DNA of 50,920 bases from Candidatus Zixiibacteriota bacterium (lineage in GTDB: Bacteria; Zixibacteria; MSB-5A5; GN15; FEB-12). The stretch spans positions 1 to 50,920 of the forward strand of contig JBGSIV010000216.1 of NCBI GenBank assembly GCA_041742355.1. The letters run 5' to 3'. Under the pieces are notes generated by a model. It did not search any database and was not told the origin of the DNA. It worked only from the letters and a program-made list of their open reading frames with translations. Both the position numbers and the translations under genes were made by a program. This document shows positions 10,047 to 18,308 of the stretch, piece after piece. The number at the start of each line of letters is the position of its first letter. The stretch's first letter is position 1.

Positions 10047-10973
10047 GTGAAGCTCCATCCCTGGCTCGGCCGATTTCTGAAGTTCGCTCTTACCGCAGTT
10101 GTAATCTACTTCGTCTATCGCCAGGTGGCCGGTAATTGGGACGCGATCCGCACCCACGACTGGCAGTTTCGATGGCTCCCGCTGGCGCTGGCGCTCATGG
10201 TCGACCTGATCGTCTTTGCCTTCCTCTCCTGGCTCTGGCGCATCGTTATTCACGGATTCGGCCACCCGATCAGCTTCCCCGAAGCGTATCGGATCTTCTA
10301 CCTGTCCAATCTCGGGCGCTATGTCCCCGGCCGCGTCTGGCAGCTTTTCGGAATCCTCTACCTCGCCGGCCGCAAGGGCATTCCCGCTCCCCAGGCGACC
10401 GCCTCGTTTATCGCCATCCAGCTGTTCGCAATCCCGGCGTCGTTCGTGCTCTTCGCCGTGACCGCAGCTATAGATCCGGCGTTGCTGGCCGAGGTCACCA
10501 GGGGAGTGAACCCCGCAGCTATCTACCTTTTTGTCGGACTGATGATCCTGCTTTCCCTGGCGGTGATGTTCTTCCCGCAGCCGGTGTTTGCTCTCGGAGA
10601 CCGAATCTTGCGCAGACTCAAGTGGGGTTCCCTCCCGTTTCGCATGACCCGGCGCACCGCGATCGGCCTGTACTTCGGCTACGTCCTCGCGTGGTTCGCC
10701 TATGGCTTCGCTTTCTGGCTTTTCCTCAAAGGGGTAACCGGCGACACCAACCTCCCCGTCCTCGCCGCGATCGGCGCCTACAACGGGGCCTACCAGATCG
10801 GCTACCTCGCCCTCTTCGCCCCCGGCGGGCTCGGCCCCCGGGAGTTTGTGCTCACGGTGATGCTCTCCCCGTTTATCGGCCCGATTGCCGCAGCTATCGC
10901 CGTGATCTCCCGTCTCTGGTCCATCCTCGTCGAGGGTATCGCGGCGCTCATCGCCCTTGCGGTCGGCAAGTGA
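10047..10973 (+). CDS. Lysylphosphatidylglycerol synthase TM / flippase-like membrane protein
   Basis: GTG after GGAG; SNLGRYVPGRVW and APGGLGPRE motifs; multiple TM helices. Confidence 0.82.
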   Translation: MKLHPWLGRFLKFALTAVVIYFVYRQVAGNWDAIRTHDWQFRWLPLALALMVDLIVFAFLSWLWRIVIHGFGHPISFPEAYRIFYLSNLGRYVPGRVWQLFGILYLAGRKGIPAPQATASFIAIQLFAIPASFVLFAVTAAIDPALLAEVTRGVNPAAIYLFVGLMILLSLAVMFFPQPVFALGDRILRRLKWGSLPFRMTRRTAIGLYFGYVLAWFAYGFAFWLFLKGVTGDTNLPVLAAIGAYNGAYQIGYLALFAPGGLGPREFVLTVMLSPFIGPIAAAIAVISRLWSILVEGIAALIALAVGK

Positions 10974-10981
10974 CTCCCGGC

Positions 10982-11019
10982 AAAAAGATCACCGCCGGAT
11001 GCGTCTGCACCCGGCGGTG
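10982..11019 (-). terminator. Intrinsic terminator after the S8 protease gene
   Basis: CACCGCCGGGTGC-AGAC-GCATCCGGCGGTG followed by ATCTTTTT on minus strand. Confidence 0.65.
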
Positions 11020-11048
11020 TGTGTGTCGCGATTTAGGAAGGTACGCGA

Positions 11049-12922
11049 TTACATCTGTCCGACCAGTTCGATCGTCCGCTTCGGATTGATCAACCTGACC
11101 GTCCGCTCTCCGGTCGGCCGCTCTTCGCACCCCTGCAGAATCAGATCTTTGACTTCCGTCGGATTCAGGTGCGACTGCAGCGCCAGAATCTTCGCGGCGA
11201 GATTAGTAACCTGCGGCGAGGCCTGCGAAGTTCCCGAGAGCTTCATTCTGTCGCCGCCGGGGACAAAACTCTCGACTTCATAGCCGTTCGCGTAGCAGTC
11301 GACATTACCGAAACTCGTGAAGCCGGTCTCTTCCCCGGCCTGGTCGACCGCCCCGACAACCATAATATTCTCCAGATCGAAGTCGCTGGGGATAACCTCT
11401 TCGAACTTGACGTCGTTGTCCTCGTTCCCAGCCGAGGTGACATAGAGAATCTCGGGCGTGTTTTTGATCCCCTCGTAGAGGGCCGCCCGCCCAATTTCGA
11501 AGATTTCGCGCGCCAGCGCCTTGCGTTCTTCCGGCGTTCCGCCTTCGTTGTGCGCTTCGAGCGCCGCTTCGACATCGGCCAGCGAGCCGCCCCAGCTCAT
11601 GTTGACCACCCGCACGCCGTTCGCCTTGAAATAGTTGATCGTCTCAACCATCGCCGCCGAATCCTTGCGCGCCTGCTCGACCGTCGGCTTCTCGGGCATG
11701 AGGGTGTGGCCGAAGGTAATCCGCACCGCCATCACCCGGGCATAGGGATTCCCGGCCAGCGCGATCCCAGCCACGTGTGTCCCGTGGCAGAAATTCCCGT
11801 ACAGGCTGACATTTTCGATAAACGGCTGCGCTTCGGCCTGCTGGAGCGATCCCAGCGTCTGCTTCACCGCCGTCGCTTCTTCGCTCTCCACCGCCATGCC
11901 GATGTCGATGAGTCCCTTCATCTGCCCCTGCAGTTGCCCGCGATCCTTCCCGACATCCCCGACCGGATACAGCAGGTCCGGCGTTTTTTCCGAGTGCAGC
12001 GTCAGCGCGATCCCATGGTAGTCGTCGACCCACCCGTTGCCGTCGTCATCCTTGTCTTTCCCCTCGATTTCCGCCTCGTTCGTCCACAGGTTCTTCTGGA
12101 TCTCGGGAATCTCCGTGTCCAGTCCCGAGTCCCAGACCGCGATCGTCACCAGCTTTGCCCGCTCGGTACCGTCGAACACCGCCTCGCGTTCGGCCCAGAT
12201 GTCCTCCTTCGTGACCGAGTGCGCCGCGAGGTACTCGCCGATCACCGCCACAACGTGCTCCTTGTAGGGGAGGAGTGTCCGCAGGATCGACGCCGACCCG
12301 AGCATCGACAGCGCCACATCCTTGCTCACCTCTCCGTTGGTCTGGTCGATCATCGGCTGGTACTTGGACTCCATCAGCCCCATCAGCAGGTTCTCGGAGA
12401 ACATCTCCGCCATCCCCTTAGCCTGTTTCAGCTGCGGTTCGACGACCGCGTACGGCAGTTGACCTGGGCGGCGTAGGCCGCCCGGTATGCCTCCTGGCGC
12501 TGGGCTTCGGGCGCCTGCATCGCCGCGACAAACGCCCGGCCGGTCATCCCGGTCGTCAGCTTCTGCGCCTCCTTGTCCTCCAGCTCGCGTACTCGTCCGA
12601 TCAGGATTTCGTACCCGGCGTAGTCCCCTTCGATCAGGGCGATTGTGGCCAGGTTGCTGTAGTAATTGAGGACGGTGGTTTGATCCGGGATCTCGTATTT
12701 GTCGAGGTCCGCCAGCAGGTCCGCCTTCACCTCCGCCGCCAACTTCTGTACCGCGGCGTTGTCGGCGATGAACTCGGTCGCTTTCCCCTCGATGCGGTAG
12801 GTATGCCGCGGCAGATCGTCGAGTTTTTCGATCTTGATTTTTTCGGCTGCGACACCGGTGGCGGCCAGCGCCGCCAGAATCGCCGATGCCGCCCACAGAT
12901 TTCTGAGTGACTTGCTTTTCAT
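11049..12922 (-). pseudogene. S8 (subtilisin-like) serine protease split by a frameshift at ~12459 (pseudogene or sequence error)
   Basis: Signal peptide and N-domain (MKSKSLRNLW...YAAQVN) in one frame; catalytic part (LPYAVV...; IAVWDSG, HGTHVAG, SGTSQASP) in another. Confidence 0.8.
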
Positions 12923-13032
12923 TGCCTTTCCTCTTCGCATTGTATGGTAAACCTGATTACACCGTTTTTCAGATACGGACGCCGGGGGTGGTTGTTTCAG
13001 GAAGTGGACCGTAACCGGCATGGCCTTAATGT

Positions 13033-13068
13033 ATTACGGCCCGTCGAGGGAACCCGACGGGCCATAAT
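13033..13068 (-). terminator. Hairpin after SRP RNA (terminator or processing stem)
   Basis: ATTATGGCCCGTCG...CGACGGGCCGTAAT long stem; weak U tail. Confidence 0.55.
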
Positions 13069-13070
13069 TT

Positions 13071-13338
13071 ACTGTGCACCCACCGTTGAGCCGCCCCCGG
13101 AAAGCCCTCAAGGCAGCCGGCTCCAGCCGGGGAACCCCGCAACACACGGAAATGACTATTTACGGCTGCTACCTTCCGGTCCTGACCGGGTTCATAGGTT
13201 TCCGTTGTACGGGACCCAGCCTTCAACGCCACTTACCTGTTGGAGAATCCCGGCGACCGCACCCGAAGGTGGGAATTCAGCCCCGGTATAGCGGATTCCG
13301 GGTGACAGGGCACCGCTAGTTCCCCGCCTAGCACAGGC
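13071..13338 (-). ncRNA. ffs: Signal recognition particle RNA, large (Alu-domain) type
   Basis: Minus strand has GTGCTAGGCGGGGAACTAGCGGTGCCCTG (Alu domain as in Bacillus scRNA) and helix 8 GGTCAGGACCGGAAGGTAGCAGCC; ~270 nt. Confidence 0.93.
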
Positions 13339-13426
13339 TTGGTGCGTCCGGGCACTCCTTGTGACAACAATGGCCTCCTTGCGGGAGGCCCAATCACAGT
13401 TGATGCCCGAAGGCGCTAATTTTAAG

Positions 13427-13499
13427 TGGAGCAGATCGGGATCGAACCGACGACCTCAACGTTGCGAACGTTGCGCTCTCCCAACTGAGCTACTGCCCC
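13427..13499 (-). tRNA. tRNA-Ala(CGC), CCA not encoded
   Basis: GGGGCAG/CTGCTCC acceptor stem with G3:U70; anticodon arm CAACG-TTCGCAA-CGTTG; T-arm GGTTCGATCC. Confidence 0.96.
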
Positions 13500-13521
13500 A
13501 TCTGGGTCATCAAGGGCTTAT

Positions 13522-13550
13522 ACTATAATGCCCCTCGGATCGTTTGCCAA
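13522..13550 (-). promoter_or_regulatory. sigma70-type promoter for tRNA-Ala/ffs
   Basis: TTGGCA-17nt-TATAGT, ~22 nt upstream of the tRNA. Confidence 0.65.
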
Positions 13551-13588
13551 GCGCTTTTTTTCCGGTGTCGGCGCCCCCGCTTTGGCGC

Positions 13589-14068
13589 TCATCCGCCGTC
13601 GCGGACCGTCCGCAGGATCGCGGCAAAGTCCCCCGCCGGCCTGTATCCCACCACCGATCCGACCGGCTGGCCGCGGCGGTCGAAGAATACGACCGTCGGC
13701 AATGCCGTGGCCCCGTACATCTCCGCCAACTCCGAACAGGTGAGCGTCGCGCCGTGACAGATCACCGTGCTGTCGGCATCGACATTGATCTTGACTGCAT
13801 TGAAGGACTCGTCGATGAGCAACCCTACAGTCGGATTCACAAAAGTCTCATGTTCCAGCTTCTGGCACCATCCGCACCACTCCGCCCCGAAGTAGATGAG
13901 AGAATGATCCTTCTTGTCGATCAGCGTGTCGTACACGACGGACGAACTGACCCAGGTGATCGGGATGGTGTCGGTCGGCTCGGGTTCATTGGGAGAACTG
14001 CCGCCGCACCCGATCCAGAGGATTCCCACAGCAGTCAGAGTGGTCAGGATCCACGAGCTGCGCTTCAC
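13589..14068 (-). CDS. Thioredoxin-fold lipoprotein
   Basis: Lipobox-like LWIGC; WCGWC active site; ALPT cis-Pro loop. Confidence 0.85.
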   Translation of the reverse strand: MKRSSWILTTLTAVGILWIGCGGSSPNEPEPTDTIPITWVSSSVVYDTLIDKKDHSLIYFGAEWCGWCQKLEHETFVNPTVGLLIDESFNAVKINVDADSTVICHGATLTCSELAEMYGATALPTVVFFDRRGQPVGSVVGYRPAGDFAAILRTVRDGG

Positions 14069-14081
14069 AGGCCCCCCTCTC

Positions 14082-14717
14082 TCAGAACCGGAGTCCCGTC
14101 ACGAAGTCGAGCGACTCCCGCTTGATCGTCAGCAGGTCGGTCTTGTAGGCATCATCGAAATCGAAATTGTACAGCACGCCGAATATGACCGACAGGCGCG
14201 GCGATACGGCCACCTCGGCTCCACCCCCGATTGTCATCCCCCACTGGGTGTCCCGAAACCCGCCGTAAAGATCTCCCCACTCCGGGTCGTCGCTGTGGCC
14301 CGCCTTGATGTCAAACCGTGGCCCAGCGACAACAAATGGGTCTACCCCTCCGGATTGCGGCTGCCACTTCAGCATCATCGGAACGCTCACGTAGGACAGG
14401 AATGGCGAGAATGTCTCTTCACCTGTCTCTGCCCCTTGCTCGCTGGTCAACGTCACGGTGTACGCATACCCCCGCTCAACGTAGTTCACTCCGACCTGCA
14501 CTGCGAACGGACCCGATACAGGATACTCCACAAATCCGCCCAATCGCAGGCCCAACCGCGCGTCCGGATCGAACAACCCGGGCATTTCCGTGTAGTTAAA
14601 CTCAAACTGAGAGCTGTTCAGCCCTCCCAGCAACCCGAACGACAGCCCATCGGCGCCACACGCCCCTGTCGTGATCAAGAGCACAGCTGCCAGGACCATC
14701 GTATACAGTCTCGACAT
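14082..14717 (-). CDS. Outer-membrane beta-barrel (porin/PorT-like family)
   Basis: Signal peptide; FGLLGGLN, YVERG, YVSVPMMLK, C-terminal GLRF. Confidence 0.8.
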   Translation of the reverse strand: MSRLYTMVLAAVLLITTGACGADGLSFGLLGGLNSSQFEFNYTEMPGLFDPDARLGLRLGGFVEYPVSGPFAVQVGVNYVERGYAYTVTLTSEQGAETGEETFSPFLSYVSVPMMLKWQPQSGGVDPFVVAGPRFDIKAGHSDDPEWGDLYGGFRDTQWGMTIGGGAEVAVSPRLSVIFGVLYNFDFDDAYKTDLLTIKRESLDFVTGLRF

Positions 14718-14868
14718 AGATTTCTCCCTCCGATCATGGATGAACGACGTGATAATGCAATATTGCACATTCCGGCCGGTATGCAAGCCGAAAAGAACCC
14801 TGCGCGCTCCTTCGGTAGGTCAAGCACCGCTCTGGGTGCTTGACTCTTCAACGCCTCAAACCTGCCCA

Positions 14869-15489
14869 CTAGTACAAGAGGCCCGCCCGCAAGTACACCG
14901 ACGGCGCCACGGTCACATCGACCGTGCTGTTTCCCCCGCTCGGCGCTCCCACCACGCCCAGGTCGAACACGTACGCGAACTGCCCCCGCCGCGGAAATAG
15001 GACTAGTTCGGTGAACGCCTTGAGCGTCAGGTAGGTCGTCGGCCTCATAAACCCGATATCGGCCAGGTACCCCAGGCCCACCGCCGCCCCCGGTCGCCAG
15101 GCGATGCGGTAGTGCCGATTGTAGAATGCGAGTTTGAACCCGGTCGAGACATCGATGCACCGTTCGCTCAACTGGTCGAACCGGATGTCGTACACATCCC
15201 CGGCAAACAGCAGCGAGAACCACGGCGCCAGCGGCACGTCAAAATGCACGCCCCCGCATGCGGCCGCGCGCGGATCCATCTCGTGATCGGTCACCCAAAC
15301 TGCAGTATCCCGCTGCAGCATTCTCCCGGTCAGGGTGATCGCCCCGGTGTTGAGTATCCCTAGCTTCAGCCCGACCGCTCCCCGCCCGATGGCCTTGGGC
15401 AGGTCGCCTGATTTCGGCGGCGCTCCCCATGCCGCTATCCCTCCCAGTCCCAGGCAGACTACCAGCGCGATGCAAAGTCGTTGCAGCAT
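14869..15489 (-). CDS. Hypothetical outer-membrane beta-barrel protein
   Basis: Signal peptide, amphipathic beta strands, C-terminal YLRAGLLY. Confidence 0.65.
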   Translation of the reverse strand: MLQRLCIALVVCLGLGGIAAWGAPPKSGDLPKAIGRGAVGLKLGILNTGAITLTGRMLQRDTAVWVTDHEMDPRAAACGGVHFDVPLAPWFSLLFAGDVYDIRFDQLSERCIDVSTGFKLAFYNRHYRIAWRPGAAVGLGYLADIGFMRPTTYLTLKAFTELVLFPRRGQFAYVFDLGVVGAPSGGNSTVDVTVAPSVYLRAGLLY

Positions 15490-15631
15490 GAACCCTTACC
15501 TTTTCTTCAGCGCGGATCTTCCAAAGAAGAAACGGACTATCACACGTTTTTGTCAAATGCGAACAGACCGGCCCCCGGCCCGTACAAAATTATGATTGGG
15601 GGAGCCACCAAGTTTACGTATAATTAGGCCT

Positions 15632-17299
15632 ATGAGTTACCAGGTATTTGCCCGAAAGTACCGTCCGCCGTCATTTGAAGACGTTGTGGCGCAGGCACAT
15701 GTAACGCGTACGCTGCAGAATGCCGTCCGGAACGACCGCGTCGGGTCGGGCTACCTCTTCTGCGGCCCCCGCGGGACGGGCAAAACCACGACCGCCCGGA
15801 TACTTGCCAAAGCCCTCAACTGTGTCAACGGCCCCACGCCGACGCCGTGCGGCGAATGCCCCGCCTGTCGCGATATCGCGGCGGGCAATTCCCTCGATGT
15901 CCTCGAGATCGACGCCGCCTCCAACACGGGGGTTGACGATGTCCGCGCGCTGCGCGAGCGCATCAACCTCACGCCGACCGGCGGCAAGAAGAAGATATAC
16001 ATCATCGACGAAGTTCACCGCCTCTCGGGCGCGGCGTTCGACGCTCTGCTCAAGACGCTGGAGGAGCCGCCGGATCACGTCGTCTTTATCTTCGCCACGA
16101 CCGAGCCGACCAAGGTCCCGGAGACTATCCTATCGCGCACCCAGCGGTACGATTTCAAGCGCGTTTCGGCCCTCGACCTGGCCGAACATCTGAAGAACAT
16201 CGCCGAGCGCGAGGGGATCACGATCACCGATGGCGCGCTCGCCATCCTCGCCCGGCGCGGCGACGGCTCGGTGCGCGACTCCCTCTCTCTCATGGATCAG
16301 GTGGCCGCGTTCGCCGGCGAGACTATCGCCGAGCAGGATGTTGTCGAGGCGTTGGGGCTTGTCGATCGGGAGACCCTGTTCGAGTTCACCAGCGCGGTCG
16401 CCGCCCAGGATGCCAAAGCGGCCCTGATGCTGATCCGCAATGTCCTGCAGTCGGGAATCGATGTCGAGGATTTCTTCGATGAACTGCTCGACCACTTCCG
16501 CATCCTCATGATTTTATCGACCGATCGCGAGTCCGGCAACCTGCTCAACCTCAGTCCGCAGGAGTTGACCGAGTGCCTCAAGCAGGCCGACTACTTCACG
16601 CTCGGCGACATCATTCGCCTGATGAAAATGCTCGGGGACGGCCGCGCCGATCTCAAAGCGGGGCTCGACGAACGCCTCGTGCTTGAGGTGGCCACGGTCA
16701 AGATGGCGTCGATGGAATCGACGGTGCAGTTCGAGGATATCCTTTCCCACCTGCAGCAGAATCCGGCCGCTCCGGCGGCGCCCTCAGCCGACCTTTTCGG
16801 TGGAGCTTCAAAAAAAAAAGACCCTGACCCTGCGCCGTCCGCAGTGACTCCCCGTCCGGAGTCGTCCGATTCATCCGCCCCGGTCGACCTGAAACGAACG
16901 GTTAATGTCCCGCAGATCCAGGCCGGCTGGGAGAGTTTCCTGAACGAGCTGCGGCGCAAGAAGCCGATGCTCTCCTCGCAGCTCGCGATGGCCGAAGTGC
17001 GCGAGGTTCGCAACAACGAGATTTCGCTCGTGTTCGGCGCCAACGGCGCGATGCCACTGCAGCAGGTCAGCCGGGCGGAGAACATGAATCTCATTCTCGC
17101 CACGCTGCGAGAACACTACCACGCCGCGTTACGTATAAACTGCAGCATCGACCCGCAGCGTGAAAGCCCCGAATCAGACGACGAAAAGCGCGGCCTTGAC
17201 AAGGCCGATATTGAGAAGTTGATTGCCGACTCCCCGCGCATCCGCATGCTTATGGACAAAGTCGACGGGGAAGTGATCGGCGTCAAAAAAGTGAAGTAA
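15632..17299 (+). CDS. dnaX: DNA polymerase III subunit gamma/tau
   Basis: MSYQVFARKYRP, GPRGTGKTT, zinc-binding Cys cluster, EIDAASN, IIDEVH, LLKTLEEPP. Confidence 0.97.
   Translation: MSYQVFARKYRPPSFEDVVAQAHVTRTLQNAVRNDRVGSGYLFCGPRGTGKTTTARILAKALNCVNGPTPTPCGECPACRDIAAGNSLDVLEIDAASNTGVDDVRALRERINLTPTGGKKKIYIIDEVHRLSGAAFDALLKTLEEPPDHVVFIFATTEPTKVPETILSRTQRYDFKRVSALDLAEHLKNIAEREGITITDGALAILARRGDGSVRDSLSLMDQVAAFAGETIAEQDVVEALGLVDRETLFEFTSAVAAQDAKAALMLIRNVLQSGIDVEDFFDELLDHFRILMILSTDRESGNLLNLSPQELTECLKQADYFTLGDIIRLMKMLGDGRADLKAGLDERLVLEVATVKMASMESTVQFEDILSHLQQNPAAPAAPSADLFGGASKKKDPDPAPSAVTPRPESSDSSAPVDLKRTVNVPQIQAGWESFLNELRRKKPMLSSQLAMAEVREVRNNEISLVFGANGAMPLQQVSRAENMNLILATLREHYHAALRINCSIDPQRESPESDDEKRGLDKADIEKLIADSPRIRMLMDKVDGEVIGVKKVK
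16810..16847 (+). other. Putative dnaX slippage/frameshift site (A10 run)
   Basis: TCA AAA AAA AAA GAC; -1 frame TGA at 16825-16827; +1 frame TGA at 16845-16847. Confidence 0.75.
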
Positions 17300-17331
17300 A
17301 CGGAAAACGGATAATCGAAGGGAAGTGCAGC

Positions 17332-17661
17332 ATGGGCAAAGGCGGATTCGGTGACATGATGAAACAGGTCCAGCAGATGCAGGCCAAAATGGCCGCGATG
17401 CAGGAAGCCCTGGACAAGACCGAGGTCGAGGCCACCTCCGGCGGCGGCATGGTCAAAGTGGTGACCACCGGCAAGAACGAGATCAAGTCGATCACGATCG
17501 ACCCCGAGGTTGTCGACAAGGAAGACATCGAAATGCTCCAGGACCTCATTGTCGCCGCTGTCAACCAGGCGCGCGAAAAGGTGCAGGAAATGCAGGCGGA
17601 GCAGATGTCGCAGATCACCGGCGGCCTCAACCTTCCCGGCCTCGGCGGCCTTCCCTTTTAG
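17332..17661 (+). CDS. ybaB: YbaB/EbfC nucleoid-associated protein
   Basis: MMKQVQQMQ, SGGGMVKV, IEMLQDLIVAAVN; lies between dnaX and recR. Confidence 0.95.
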   Translation: MGKGGFGDMMKQVQQMQAKMAAMQEALDKTEVEATSGGGMVKVVTTGKNEIKSITIDPEVVDKEDIEMLQDLIVAAVNQAREKVQEMQAEQMSQITGGLNLPGLGGLPF

Positions 17662-17689
17662 CCGATAGAAACGAGAGTAGTAACGCACT

Positions 17690-18286
17690 ATGTTTAAGTC
17701 AGCGGCATCAGTCGAACGGCTCACGAACCGCCTTGCCCGTCTGCCCGGTATCGGGCGCAAGTCGGCGGCCCGGCTCGCATTCCACCTCCTCAAGCTGCCC
17801 AGGGAGGAGGCTCTCGAGCTGGCCGACGCTATCCGCGAGGTCAAGGACAAGGTCGGCTTCTGCTCGATCTGCAACAATATCTCCGAGGCGGATCCGTGCC
17901 AGATCTGCTCTGACCCCCGCCGCCGCCGCAACCTCATTTGCGTGGTCGAGGAGACCGCCGATGCGGCCGCGATCGACAAGGTCGAGGGTTTCGACGGCGT
18001 CTTCCACATCCTCGGCGGGCGGCTGTCGCCGCTTGACGGTATCGGGCCGGACGACCTCAAGATTCAGGAGTTGCTCGGCCGAATCGACGGCGAGGAGGTC
18101 GAGGTGGTCATCGCCACGAACCCGAATGTCGAAGGCGAGGCGACCGCGATGTACCTTTCGCGCCTGCTCAAGCCGATGGGTGTGCGCGTGACCCGCATCG
18201 CCCGCGGACTCCCGGTCGGCTCCGACCTCGAGTACGCCGACGCCGTCACGCTCGCCCGCGCCCTCGACGGACGACAGGACTTCTAA
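17690..18286 (+). CDS. recR: Recombination mediator RecR
   Basis: LPGIGRKSAARLAF, C4 zinc finger, ATNPNVEGEATA Toprim motif. Confidence 0.97.
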   Translation: MFKSAASVERLTNRLARLPGIGRKSAARLAFHLLKLPREEALELADAIREVKDKVGFCSICNNISEADPCQICSDPRRRRNLICVVEETADAAAIDKVEGFDGVFHILGGRLSPLDGIGPDDLKIQELLGRIDGEEVEVVIATNPNVEGEATAMYLSRLLKPMGVRVTRIARGLPVGSDLEYADAVTLARALDGRQDF

Positions 18287-18308
18287 CCTGACGACGACAC
18301 AACACACC

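Noticed and set aside
12460..12896. N-terminal part of ORF 11049-12896 as real protein sequence
   Set aside because: Arg/Gly-rich off-frame translation; the true N-terminus is in the 12428-13021 frame.
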